This document shows, in pieces, positions 29,091 through 39,800 of a stretch of DNA of 64,000 nt. The DNA comes from an uncultured Actinomycetota bacterium (lineage in GTDB: Bacteria > Actinomycetota > Actinomycetes > Mycobacteriales > Mycobacteriaceae). Positions within the stretch are counted from its first letter, which is position 1; each line of letters starts with the position of its first letter. Below the pieces are notes generated by a model, which saw only the letters and a list, made by a program, of their open reading frames with translations, did no database searches and was not told the origin of the DNA. A program made the translations under genes and the position numbers. The DNA is taken from the NCBI GenBank assembly GCA_963843125.1, contig CAWJIX010000007.1, forward strand, positions 741,580-805,579. Direction: 5' to 3'.

Positions 29091-31847
29091 TGCCTTGAGC
29101 TGGCCGACGTGTCGGCCGAGTTCCGCGCGCGAATGGATGCCGAGCTTGGCGTAGATCCGGGCGAGGTTGGATTCAACCGTCTTCGGGCTGATGTACATGG
29201 CGGCGGCGATGTTGCGGTTGGTCATGCCCGACGCGGCGAGTTCGGCCACCCGGCGTTCCGACGGACTGAGGGCCCCCTTGCAGCCGCCGCCGCGGCGGAC
29301 CCGGCCCACCTCGGTGCGGGCGCGGTCGGCCCACAACGGTGTGCCCAACCGCTCGAACGTCTCCAGCGCAGCGTGCAGGCTCTCCGCCGATGCGTCCTTC
29401 AGGCGCTGACGACGCTGGAGCTGGCCCAGCAGCAGCTGGGTGCGGGCCCGTTCGAACGGCATCGGCATGTGTTCGTGCGCCGTCATCGCTCGTTCGACCG
29501 CATCGACTGCCGCCGCGACATCGCCGCGGGCGGCCAGGATCATGCCGCGGCCCCGACCACCCATGGCCAGCATCCAGTCGCGCCGCAGCCGGGCGCCGTT
29601 GCGCTCGAAAGCGGACACCAGCTGCTCGGCGGGCTCCAGCTGATCGAGCGCGACCATCGCCTCCACTGCGTCAGGGATGAACGACGCCGCGATGATCTCC
29701 GTCACCTTCGGCTCCATCCCCACCTTGCGCAGCAGCGGCCCGACCGCATCGAGCGCGGCACGGTATTCACCCAGAGAGACCTCGAGGAAGCCCAGGGCGG
29801 TCGACGGCCATTCCCCCAGCCTGTCGGAGCCGCAGCGCAGATTGGCCGCGCGCGCTTCGGCGATGTCGGACCGCGCGTCCTCGACGCGACCCTGATAGGC
29901 CGCCAGCAGCGCGCGGCCGGTCAGCGCCGCCGAGAGCGGCAGATCGCCACCGAGTTGCTGGGCGAGCTGCATGGTGTCCTCGGCGATGAGGGCGGCTTCG
30001 GCGAATTGTCCCCGCCAGATGTCGACCAGGACGCCGTGGAACGCGACGAGCATCAGCTCGCCTTCCTGGCCGTGATCGATGCAGCGCTTCCGAAGAGCCG
30101 TCAACTCGTCATGAGCCCAGTCGAGCTCACCGGTGCAGGACCGAAGGATCGCGTTGTGAACGCTGGGGCGAAGCGCGAACGGGATATTCGCCTGCTGGTG
30201 CTCCAGCTCCAGCGCCCGCCTGATCCCCGCTTCGTCGAGACCGCTGCCCTGCAGGAGTCGCACCATGGCCCGCATCCCCAGCGCCTGGCTCAGTAGGTCC
30301 GATCGTCCGGCCCCCCGCGCCCGCGCGACGGCCTCGTCGACCCGCTGCGCCGAAGCGTCGAGGCGACCGGCATTGAACAACGCGAACGACAACGTGACCA
30401 ATGTCGGCACCAACACGGCGGGATCGTCGACGGCCTCGTCCAGCGCACCCTCCAGTAGAGCCACCGCTTCGGGAAAACTGTCGTCGAGCAGCCGCACGTA
30501 ACCGAGCAGGCCGGCCGCTTCCGCGCGCAACCGGCCGGGTTCGAGTTGCGCGATCGCCTCCTCGAGAAGGATGCGCGCCCGAGCGGAGTCACCGGCATTG
30601 AAATGGTGACCGGCCGAGCGGATGCGACGCAGCGGTGTATCGCCGCCGAGTCCGATCGCCAGATCGATCAGTTCGGCCGCCGCGGCCGGTGCGCCCCGGC
30701 TGCGTGCCGAATCGGCCGCCGCGTCGAGAGCCTCCAACGTCGCAGAATCGGCGCGCAGCGATCCCAACGCCAGGTGGCGCGCCCGCACTTCGGGTTCGTC
30801 GACGACGGTGGCCAGCCGTCTGTGCATCGCGCGCCGCCGCTCGGGTGCGGCCTCGTTGTAGACGCCGCGAGCGAATATCGGATGGCTGAACCGCAGCTGT
30901 TCGCCGCTGATCTCGACGACCCCGCGGCCCTCGGCGTCCTCGAGCTGCGCGGCGACGGTGTCCGGGTCGGATCGGAGCGCGCGGGCAACGACGCCCATGG
31001 TCGGTGTCGCCAGACAGGCCACGGCGAGCAATGCGTCGTCGACTCCGGCGTCCCGGCCATGGATCCGTGACCGGATCAACTCCGTCAAGCTGTCCGGAAG
31101 GGCGATATCGGCGCCCGGCTGACGCCCCACCATCGCCTTGGCGAGTTCCAGGGCATAGAACGGATTGCCGCGAGAAGCCTCCTCGATGCGCATCATTTCG
31201 GGCCGTGAGAACGTGCGTCCCAGGCGATTCGAGAGCACGACATGCAGTGCGCCGACACTCATGGCGGGCACGGTCATCCGCCGCATTGTGTCGGGCCTCG
31301 GCAGCTGCAACCACGAGCCGGCGCTCTCGCTGTCTCCGATGCGGACGGTGGCGAGCACGCCGACGGGTCCCACGAGCCGACGCGCCAGGAACGTGATCAC
31401 AAGCCGGGTCGAGGAGTCCAGCCACTGCAGATCATCTACTGCGACAAGCACCTTCGCCGTGTCCGCGAGGATGCCGACGACGGACAACAATCCCGCCGAC
31501 ACGGCACGCTGATCTACCGGAAGACGGTCCGCGTCGGCTCGATGAAGGACGCGATCGAGCGCAACCCGTTGCGGCGTGGGCAATTCCGCGAGTACGGATC
31601 GGTCGATGCCGCTCAGCATGTCGGCCAGGGATGCGTACGCGGGCACCGACTCTGCTGCGACGGCCCGAGCGGTCAGCACGCGGAAGCCGTCGGCTTCGGC
31701 TTGGTGTACCGCCTGCAACCACAAGGTGGTCTTGCCGATTCCCGGCTCTCCCTCCATCACCAGGCCGGACGGCGCAGCGACTATGGAGGCCAAGAACTCG
31801 GCAATCGCCGAGGCCTGCGGCTCACGGCTGACCACCTGCGCTGGCAT
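29088..31847 (-). CDS. LAL-family regulator (AAA ATPase, TPR-like region, LuxR HTH)
   Basis: Walker A GEPGIGKTT, Walker B VDDLQWLD, GNPFY, C-terminal LSPSERRVAELAASGMTNRNIA...SPKTVESNLARIYAKLG. Confidence 0.92.
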   Translation of the reverse strand: MPAQVVSREPQASAIAEFLASIVAAPSGLVMEGEPGIGKTTLWLQAVHQAEADGFRVLTARAVAAESVPAYASLADMLSGIDRSVLAELPTPQRVALDRVLHRADADRLPVDQRAVSAGLLSVVGILADTAKVLVAVDDLQWLDSSTRLVITFLARRLVGPVGVLATVRIGDSESAGSWLQLPRPDTMRRMTVPAMSVGALHVVLSNRLGRTFSRPEMMRIEEASRGNPFYALELAKAMVGRQPGADIALPDSLTELIRSRIHGRDAGVDDALLAVACLATPTMGVVARALRSDPDTVAAQLEDAEGRGVVEISGEQLRFSHPIFARGVYNEAAPERRRAMHRRLATVVDEPEVRARHLALGSLRADSATLEALDAAADSARSRGAPAAAAELIDLAIGLGGDTPLRRIRSAGHHFNAGDSARARILLEEAIAQLEPGRLRAEAAGLLGYVRLLDDSFPEAVALLEGALDEAVDDPAVLVPTLVTLSFALFNAGRLDASAQRVDEAVARARGAGRSDLLSQALGMRAMVRLLQGSGLDEAGIRRALELEHQQANIPFALRPSVHNAILRSCTGELDWAHDELTALRKRCIDHGQEGELMLVAFHGVLVDIWRGQFAEAALIAEDTMQLAQQLGGDLPLSAALTGRALLAAYQGRVEDARSDIAEARAANLRCGSDRLGEWPSTALGFLEVSLGEYRAALDAVGPLLRKVGMEPKVTEIIAASFIPDAVEAMVALDQLEPAEQLVSAFERNGARLRRDWMLAMGGRGRGMILAARGDVAAAVDAVERAMTAHEHMPMPFERARTQLLLGQLQRRQRLKDASAESLHAALETFERLGTPLWADRARTEVGRVRRGGGCKGALSPSERRVAELAASGMTNRNIAAAMYISPKTVESNLARIYAKLGIHSRAELGRHVGQLKA

Positions 31848-32663
31848 GAATTGATGCTGACAGGTGGCAACCGACCGGTCTATGCCTTAGCTGTTTCTCA
31901 CGGCGATTCGTTCGTATCGCCCTCGGCGCCCGTGTCCCTGTCGTCGTCAGGTCCAGTCATGGCCTTGACCGCGTCCCGGACACGGTCGCGGATTCCGTGG
32001 ATGCCGTCGCGAATACTGTTCCGCACAGCGGTCAGGCTCGGCGCGCCGGCGCTTCGTCCCGCGGGGTCGGCAACGAACAAGCGCGGACGGCGCCTGGGAA
32101 CAGGCTGGCAAACCTTGAATTCATGATTCCGTTGGTGTCATCTGCGAGCGGTGGGCAGGAGATTCGTCATCCCCGGGTCCACGAGGCGCTCTGACGATGC
32201 CATTGACCAATGGTTGCCACGTTTTCGGGCCGTGCCGACCTGGCAAGAAAATTGCGCATTACCGTCAATATGTGCTGCGCTTCACCGTTGCCAAGCTAAG
32301 CTATCCAGATCGCGAACCAGGGTTAGGTAACGGGCGGATATCGGCAGCCGACTATCCAACCTATCAAGCAGCACAAAAGCGGCGCGCTGTGTTAGTCTCG
32401 TGTTAGCTGGAGATCGTTGCGAGGGTAACAATTTTTGGCTCGACGGATGGAAGGGAGGCTTAGCTGATGCTAGCGTTCGACGCGACGCGTTCGTCAGATT
32501 CGTCAACCCAACCTGCTCCGGCCCAGGTTGCTGTCAAGATTCCAGATGCGCACGAGCCCACCGTCATTCGCAGCTGCAGCCGGCTCGGCCGCAGCGCCAA
32601 TCCACCGGGGTTTTCCTTCTCCGATTGGCTACGCGATTGGCGTTGTCGCTGAGAGCGGCGTGA

Positions 32664-32888
32664 TCAGCGTCTTGCCCTGCGGACGACGACCACAATCAGC
32701 ACCGCGCCCACTCCGGCCAGCGACATCGCCACCGCCGGTTTCTTGACGAAACGAACCACTCCCGCTTTCAGGTCGTCGGCGATTCGGCGCGGATTGGCGC
32801 GCTCGGCGAGGGTATCGACGGTGACGGCCAACTGGTCGCGGGCCTGATCGATCTCCTGCCGGATGGTGTCGGGATCGCGATCCGCCAC
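32664..32888 (-). CDS. DUF3618 small membrane protein (Rv2520c-like)
   Basis: ADRDPDTIRQEIDQARDQLAVTVDTLAERANP plus C-terminal TM helix. Confidence 0.85.
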   Translation of the reverse strand: MADRDPDTIRQEIDQARDQLAVTVDTLAERANPRRIADDLKAGVVRFVKKPAVAMSLAGVGAVLIVVVVRRARR

Positions 32889-33041
32889 TGTCGTCCTCCG
32901 TCGTCCGCATGGGCTCAACCTGCTGTGCATTACGCGTCCGCACGCACAACTGTGCCCTTCGCGTTCGCGCTGCCTTGCCGAACTACCCTAGATCAGCCGG
33001 CGATAACCCCGACGCGCCGGTGGAGAAGAAAGGGATCACCG

Positions 33042-33518
33042 GTGGCACAGACCCTCCGCCTGGAGGTGGGCGACAAAGCTCCCGCGTTCAGCCTGCCCGA
33101 CGCCGACGGCGACACGGTGTCACTCGCCGACTATCGCGGCCGCAAAGTCATCGTCTACTTCTATCCGGCGGCATCGACGCCCGGATGCACAAAGGAGGCG
33201 TGCGACTTCCGCGACAATTTGGGTGAGCTCAGCGACGCCGGCCTCGATGTCGTCGGCATCTCGCCGGACAAGCCGGAGAAACTCGCCAAGTTCCGCGACA
33301 ACGAGAAGCTCACCTTTCCGCTGCTGTCCGATCCCGACCGCAAGGTGTTGACGGCGTGGGGCGCCTACGGCGATAAGACGATGTACGGCAAGACCGTGCA
33401 GGGCGTCATCCGCTCGACGTTCGTCGTCGACGAGAAGGGCAAGATCGACGTCGCGCAATACAACATCAAGGCTGCACATACGACAACATTCATCAAAAAG
33501 CTGCTCGGTGCCTCGTAA
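33042..33518 (+). CDS. bcp: Thioredoxin-dependent peroxiredoxin Bcp with a substituted C-terminus
   Basis: YFYPAASTPGCTKEACDFRD, RSTFVVDE; last 14 codons come from inserted DNA. Confidence 0.93.
   Translation: MAQTLRLEVGDKAPAFSLPDADGDTVSLADYRGRKVIVYFYPAASTPGCTKEACDFRDNLGELSDAGLDVVGISPDKPEKLAKFRDNEKLTFPLLSDPDRKVLTAWGAYGDKTMYGKTVQGVIRSTFVVDEKGKIDVAQYNIKAAHTTTFIKKLLGAS
33452..33472 (+). repeat. 21-bp direct repeat, left copy (attL-like) in bcp
   Basis: CGCGCAATACAACATCAAGGC, identical to 34861-34881. Confidence 0.92.
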
Positions 33519-33788
33519 TCATGTGGACGGTGTGTCAGGTACGGCGGGAATCGTTGTCACGGATTGATTCTCGGCCGATCACATGTTCGGCTGTCGGTTA
33601 CAACACGACGCCCGCGCCCGCTCACTTAATTACCAGGACGTAGTCAGCTTGAGCCGTGCTTCCCCTGAGCTGACCTCCACAGCAGGCGGAAAAGGACCAT
33701 CGACTCTATAGAACTCCGAGATGTGAGCGCATTCTTTGTGCGAGACATTCGAGACTGATTTCCTTTCAGCCATTCCTTGGGAGCGATC

Positions 33789-34118
33789 ATGGCAGAAGGC
33801 ACCGAGAAGAAGATGGCGCCGGAACGAGCGTCAGACCTAACAGAACGAGTAGCAGGCCTGTCCGACGAAGTGCTCAAGTCGGTCGAATCCGGACAACGGA
33901 CCGCCATTGATGCCGTGCGCAAGTTCGTTGGCGCTGTCGATGAGTCTATGCCGGGGAATGCCGACGACCATTCGTCGAGACGCAATACCATCGTCGACGC
34001 CGCCCTCGATATGGCGGACAAGCTAGTCAAGACGCAGTACGAGTTCATACGGAGCGTCGTCGGCAGTGCGAGCGAGACGCTGAAAAAGCAGGGCGACGAG
34101 AAGCCAACTACTGAGTAA
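33789..34118 (+). CDS. Helical hypothetical protein (amphipathic, phasin/HBHA-like by composition)
   Basis: 109 aa, heptad-like pattern, GGAG RBS; family not securely identified. Confidence 0.7.
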   Translation: MAEGTEKKMAPERASDLTERVAGLSDEVLKSVESGQRTAIDAVRKFVGAVDESMPGNADDHSSRRNTIVDAALDMADKLVKTQYEFIRSVVGSASETLKKQGDEKPTTE

Positions 34119-34258
34119 GTCGCGCTGCTTGGCCCCTAAGGGTCCTCGCTGGGTGGTCCGACGCCCGGCTCTGTGGAGAGTCTCCGATCGGTTCAACGAG
34201 GTGGCTACACCGGTTTCTTACAGCGCGCTAGCCCAGGTCACCGGAGGACAAAACCACA

Positions 34259-34774
34259 ATGAGCCAACAGTCCGCTGTCACCTCCGTCGAATCTCTCGAC
34301 CTCAACCGCTACAGCGGCCTTTGGTATGAGCTGGGAAGGCTCCCGCTCAAATGGGAGCACGCCGATGCATCGGACATCACCGCCGAATACACGCTCGAGG
34401 ACGACGGAAGCGTGCGTGTCGACAACCGGTGTATCGACGAGGACGGCACACCGTCGCAGTCGATCGGTCGCGCGACCCCTGTGAACGGCCAGGCGGGACG
34501 GTTGCAGGTGTCGTTCCTTCCGCAGTTCCTGCAGTGGGTCCCTTTCACGAAAGGTGACTACTGGGTTCTGAAGATCGACGACGCCTACTCGGTTGCCCTT
34601 GTCGGTACACCCGACCACAAAAACCTGTGGCTTCTGGCCCGGGATCCTCGCATCGACCACGCCACGGAAGCGGCCTACCTCGCCGAAGCGACCGGGCAGG
34701 GGTTCGATCTCGGAAAGTGGATCACACCGAGGCAGTCGGGTGGGCGCGTCACCGACGATCGACTCGACCGCTGA
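34259..34774 (+). CDS. Blc-like lipocalin without signal peptide
   Basis: SCR1 RYSGLWYELGR, DYWVLKIDDAY..ALVG, LWLLARDP; GGAGG RBS. Confidence 0.9.
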   Translation: MSQQSAVTSVESLDLNRYSGLWYELGRLPLKWEHADASDITAEYTLEDDGSVRVDNRCIDEDGTPSQSIGRATPVNGQAGRLQVSFLPQFLQWVPFTKGDYWVLKIDDAYSVALVGTPDHKNLWLLARDPRIDHATEAAYLAEATGQGFDLGKWITPRQSGGRVTDDRLDR

Positions 34775-34860
34775 TCCGGAAACCGGCTCACCGCTACCAC
34801 GCGGCCTGGAACTCGCACTAGGGGGCCCACCCCATCCGGTGGTGGTCGGCCACACTCAGG

Positions 34861-34924
34861 CGCGCAATACAACATCAAGGCCACCGGGCACGTGGCCAAG
34901 CTGCGTCGCGACCTATCTGTCTGA
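34861..34924 (+). pseudogene. Right repeat copy plus displaced original bcp 3' end
   Basis: 34862-34924 encodes AQYNIKATGHVAKLRRDLSV-stop, the usual mycobacterial Bcp C-terminus as recalled; ends 14 bp from the convergent dipeptidase stop. Confidence 0.88.
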
Positions 34925-34938
34925 TTGCGCGCTGCCCC

Positions 34939-36273
34939 TCACGTCCGCGAAGCCAAATTCGCCAACAGCAGCGCCTCCGCGGTCGCGGCGCGTTCCAGCA
35001 CCCCGAGGTGCAGGCTCTCGTTGATGCTATGGGCCTGTGTCCCAGGGTCTTCCACGCCAGTGACCAAGATCTTCGCTGACGGGAAGGCGTCTGCGAACTC
35101 GGCGATGAACGGGATCGAGCCACCCATGCCCATGTCGACCGGTTCGGTCCCCCACGCCTGCCGGAACGCGGCGCGGGCCGCGTCGTAGACGGGTCCGCTC
35201 GCGTCGATCGCGTACGGCTGGCCGATATCGCCGGGCGTGACCGTGAGGCGTGCGCCCCACGGCACGTGCTTCTCCAGGTGGCGCGTCAGCGCGTCGAGGT
35301 GAGCCCGCGCCTTGCCGCCCGGCGCCACCCGCATGCTGACCTTCGCCCGCGCCCTCGGGATCAGCGTGTTCGACGACGACGCGATCGGCGTGGTGTCGAT
35401 CCCGATGACCGTGATCGCCGGCTTGGCCCAAAGACGTTGCGGCACTGAGCCGGAGCCGATCTCGGTGACACCGTCGAGCATGCCCGACTCTTCGCGGACC
35501 CGGTCCTTCGGATAGTCCACATCGGCGGCGGTCGCCTCGTGCAGGCCCTCGACGGCGACATTGCCGTCGTCGTCATGCAGTGATGCCAACAGCCGCACCA
35601 GCACGCTCAGCGCGTCGGGGACCACGCCGCCCCACAGGCCCGAGTGCAAGCCGTGGTCAAGCGTGGCCACCTCCACCACACAGTCCGCCAGTCCGCGCAG
35701 CGACACCGTCAGCGCCGGGGTCTCGGTGCTCCAGTTGTCGGAGTCGGCGATGACGATGACATCGGCGGCCAACGTGTCCTTGTGCGCGGCCAGCAGTCGG
35801 CGCAGCGACGGCGACCCGATCTCCTCTTCGCCTTCGACGAACACCGTCACACCGACGGGAGGCTGACCGTCGTGCGCCCGGAACGCGGCGAGATGCGTTG
35901 CGATGCCCGCCTTGTCGTCGGCGCTTCCGCGGCCGTATAGGCGCCCGTCGCGCTCGGTCGGCTCGAACGGCGCCGACACCCACTGGTCGGGATCGCCCTC
36001 GGGCTGGACATCATGGTGCGCGTACAGCAGAACCGTCGGCGCGCCCGCAGGCGCCGGGTGTCGGGCGATGACGGCAGGCGCGCCGCCCTCGCTGACGATC
36101 TGTACATCACCGAAACCGGCTTGCCGCAACACCTCTGCCACCGCGTCGGCGCTGCGCTGGACCTCGCCGCGCCGCGCTGGGTCCGCTCCGACCGACTGAA
36201 TGCGCACCAGGTCTTCCAGATCGCGCCGCACCGACGGCAGCACGTCACGCACCCGCTCAACGAGATCGCTCAT
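34939..36273 (-). CDS. M20/M25/M40 metallo-dipeptidase (Rv2522c-like)
   Basis: YAHHDVQP, GRGSADDK, EGEEE, DLHSG-like HSG, QAHSINE. Confidence 0.92.
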   Translation of the reverse strand: MSDLVERVRDVLPSVRRDLEDLVRIQSVGADPARRGEVQRSADAVAEVLRQAGFGDVQIVSEGGAPAVIARHPAPAGAPTVLLYAHHDVQPEGDPDQWVSAPFEPTERDGRLYGRGSADDKAGIATHLAAFRAHDGQPPVGVTVFVEGEEEIGSPSLRRLLAAHKDTLAADVIVIADSDNWSTETPALTVSLRGLADCVVEVATLDHGLHSGLWGGVVPDALSVLVRLLASLHDDDGNVAVEGLHEATAADVDYPKDRVREESGMLDGVTEIGSGSVPQRLWAKPAITVIGIDTTPIASSSNTLIPRARAKVSMRVAPGGKARAHLDALTRHLEKHVPWGARLTVTPGDIGQPYAIDASGPVYDAARAAFRQAWGTEPVDMGMGGSIPFIAEFADAFPSAKILVTGVEDPGTQAHSINESLHLGVLERAATAEALLLANLASRT

Positions 36274-36381
36274 GGTGTCGAGGTTAGCCTTCAGCGCACC
36301 CTCGACTGCGCGTGAGCGTGCGCAGGAGCTGCTTTTCGCGCGGCGTGTCGTGTGCAGGCACGCACGCTCGCGGTGGGAAGC

Positions 36382-36774
36382 TCAGCGCTCCTCGAGGACG
36401 GCGACGGCCGCGGCGGTGTCTGCCTCATGGGTCAGCGACAGGTGGATCGTCACATCCTTCAGGTGCTCGGCGATCGCACCGGTCAGCCGCACCCGCGGCC
36501 GGCCCCACATATCGGTGATCACCTCGATATCGCGATGGATACCCTCGGGCAGCACCGGCCGTTTGGAGAACCGCGACCCCGACCACGCCTTGATGACCGC
36601 CTCCTTGGCCGCCCAACGGGCCGCCAAGTGCCGCGCCGCCGACGAACTCTTGTCCGCGGCGTCGCGGCGCTCACCCGGTGTGAACGTCTCGGCGAACACC
36701 GTTCCCGGCCGGTCGACCTGCTCTGCGAAGTCGGGAATCGAGACCAGGTCAATGCCGACGCCGACGATGCTCAT
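36382..36774 (-). CDS. acpS: Holo-ACP synthase
   Basis: VGVGIDLV, AARWAAKEA, SLTHEAD; downstream of fas. Confidence 0.95.
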   Translation of the reverse strand: MSIVGVGIDLVSIPDFAEQVDRPGTVFAETFTPGERRDAADKSSSAARHLAARWAAKEAVIKAWSGSRFSKRPVLPEGIHRDIEVITDMWGRPRVRLTGAIAEHLKDVTIHLSLTHEADTAAAVAVLEER

Positions 36775-36817
36775 TCGAGGAACACTAGCTCCCGCTATCT
36801 GCTCTGCGCGCAAGCGC

Positions 36818-39800
36818 TCATCGCGTGTACACGCCGTCTTCGCCCAGCCTCGACGTCGGATCGAGCAGCATCTCGGCCTCCGCGCGGTTCTCCGGCGCCT
36901 CGTCATCAAGGCGACGGTTGCTTGCGGGCCGCTCGTATAAGGACTTGCCGCCCGCGATCGCCGACGCCAGCCTGCGCTGACCGGCGAACACCCGGGCGTG
37001 AGCCCTCTGCTGGTAGTCCGACCGCTGCTGCGCATCGAGCGCGGCGACGAACGCCTGCGGATGCACCAGCGCGATGACGCCCGAGACGTGACCGAAGCCG
37101 AGGCTGGTGACCAGGCCCGCCTTCAGGGGGTACTTCTCGCCCAGCCGCAGCGTCTCGCGCACCCACACGAAGTGCTCCGAGCCGGCCAACTCGTCGTCGA
37201 CACAGTCCAGGCTGCGGTTCGGCGGGATGACGCCGTCGCGCAGCATCTGGCACATGCCCATCATCTGGAACACCGCCGCGCCGCCCTTGGCGTGACCGGT
37301 CAGGCTCTTCTGCGACACGATGAACAACGGCGCGCCGTCCGACCGGCCCAGCGAGTCGGCGAGCCGCTCATGCAACTCCGTCTCGTTCGGGTCGTTGGCG
37401 AGCGTCGACGTGTCGTGCTTGGAGATGACCGCGATGTCGTCGGCGCCGACACCGAGCTTAGCCAGCGACCGTGCCAGCAGCGAGTCCTTGCCGCCGCGGC
37501 CTGCGCCCAGCGCGCCGAGCCCCGGCGCCGGGATCGAGGTGTGCACGCCGTCGGCGAACGACTGCGCGTACCCGACCACGGCCAGCACCGGCAGACCCAT
37601 CTTCAGCGCGAGGTCGCCGCGGGCCAGCAGGATCGTGCCGCCGCCCTGCGATTCGACGAACCCGAGCCGACGCCGGTCATTGGCCCGGGAGAACTTCGAA
37701 TCGCTGATGCCCCGTGCACGCATCATCTCGGTGTCGGCGGTGGCCGCCATGTCACCGAATCCGATGATCGCCTCCAGCGTCAGGTCGTCGAAGCCGCCCG
37801 TCACCACGAGTTCGGCCTTGCCGAGCCGGATCTTGTCGACGCCCTCTTCGACCGACACCGCCGCCGTCGCGCATGCGCCGACCGGGTGGATCATTGAGCC
37901 GTAGCTGCCGACATAGGACTGGATCACATGCGCCGCAACGACGTTCGGCAGGACCTCCTGCAGAATGTCGTTCGGCTTGTTCCGGCCCAGCAGGTTTCCG
38001 TGGTACATGGTCTGCATCGACGTCATGCCGCCCATGCCGGTGCCCTGTGTGCTGGCCACCATGGTGGGGTGCACCCAGCGCATCAGCTCGTTCGGGGTAA
38101 ATCCCGCGCCGAGGAACGCATCGACGGTCGCGACGATGTTCCACACCGCCACCCGGTCCAGCGACGTGTTCATGTCCGCGCTGATGCCGTACACCGTCGG
38201 GTCGAACCCGGTCGGGATCTGACCGCCGACGGTCCGCGACAGCTTCGTCTTGCGCGGAACCCGAATCTCGGTGCCCGCCTTGCGGGTCACCTGCCAGTCG
38301 CTGCTGTCGGGTACCGGCGTCGCGACGGTGTGCTCCGGGTCGAACTGCACGAACGCCCGCGCGTCGGCCTCCGACGACACCACGAACGTGAAGTCCTTGT
38401 CGAGGAACACCGACACCAGAAGCGGCGACGCGTGGTCGGGGTCGATCGCGCCGTCGTCGACAAACTCGCGGATGCCGGTCCGCTCCACGACGGCGTCGTG
38501 GTAGCGCTCCACCAACTCCGATTCGTCGACCAGATCGCCGGATTCGGTGTCATACCAGCCCGGCTTCGGATCGTCCTCCCACTTGATCAGGCCGGTCGTC
38601 CACGCCAGCTCGAGCACACCGGCGGCCGACAGCTCGTTGTCGACCTCCATCTCGAAGCGGGTGCGCGACGAGCCGTACGGGCCGAGCTCGGCGCCGCCGA
38701 CGATCACCACCATGTCGGCGGGGTCGATGTCGAGGTCCGCCCACTGCGGCGCCGGCGCAGCGGTGAAGCCACGCGGCGGCGACGGCAGCGCGGCGATCGT
38801 GCCGCCCTGCTCCTCGCTGTCCTCGGCACTTTCGGCGGCCATCTCCTCGCGGGCCTTGGCGGCCAGTTCGGACATGTCGATGTCGATATCGCCCAGCCCG
38901 CCGGTCAGGTCGACCTTCAGCGGTTGCTGCGCGGCGGCCACCTTCGACTCGATGCTGCACAGGTCGAGCAGCATCGCGGCCATCTGCTCGGTCGAGTAAG
39001 TGGTGACGCCCGCCTCCTCGACAGCGCTGACGATCGCGTCGTTGGCACCCATCAGGCCGGTGCCGCGGGTCCAGCCGATCAGCGCGTGCGCCAGGCTGAC
39101 GCGCTGCGCCCACGACGATTCGGCGTTCCACCGCGTCACCACCGCATCGAGCGCGGACTTGGATTCGCCGTAGGCGCCATCACCGCCGAACATGCCGCGG
39201 TTCGGAGAGCCGGGCAGCACCACGTGCAGCCGCGACGCGATATCGCGCTCGGCGCCGATGTGCGACAGGCCGCCGATCAGCCGCTGCACGGCCCACAGCA
39301 GCACCTTCATCTCCATCTCCGAGCGCGAGCCGGCCTCCGAGAGGTCACCGGCCACCCGCGGTGCCGCGAACGGGAACAGCAGCGTCGGCGTCTGCGCATC
39401 CTTGAGGTGAATGGACTGCGGCCCAAGGCTTTCGCTCTGCTCATTGCCGACCCAGGCCACCAGCGCGTCGATGTCGGAGTAGGACGCCATGTTGGCGGGC
39501 ACCACCCACAGCGCCGCGCCGAAGCGGGCGTTGTCGCGGTACAGGTCGCGGTAGAACTCGAGTCGGTTGTCGTCGAGCTTGGACGTGGTGGCGATGACGG
39601 TCGCGCCGCCGTCGAGCAGACCGGCGGCCACCGACGCCGCGATCGATCCCTTCGATGCGCCTGTCACCACGGCGATTTCATCGCTGTACCGACCCTTGCC
39701 CGGGTTCTCCGCACCGGCAGCGGCGCGGCCGAACAAGGACGCGTGGACGGTGCGGCCGGCGGCCAGCGCCTTGCCCTGCCACCAGGACGCCTGCTTGCCG

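Larger units (their letters stand above)
33473..34860. mobile_element. 1388-bp insertion into the bcp 3' end; no integrase visible
   Basis: Flanked by 21-bp direct repeats; the displaced bcp tail follows the right copy. Confidence 0.8.

Noticed and set aside
32480-32600. WD40-like DGGLVRIWNLD in a short minus-strand frame
   Set aside because: Single short match with no repeat context.
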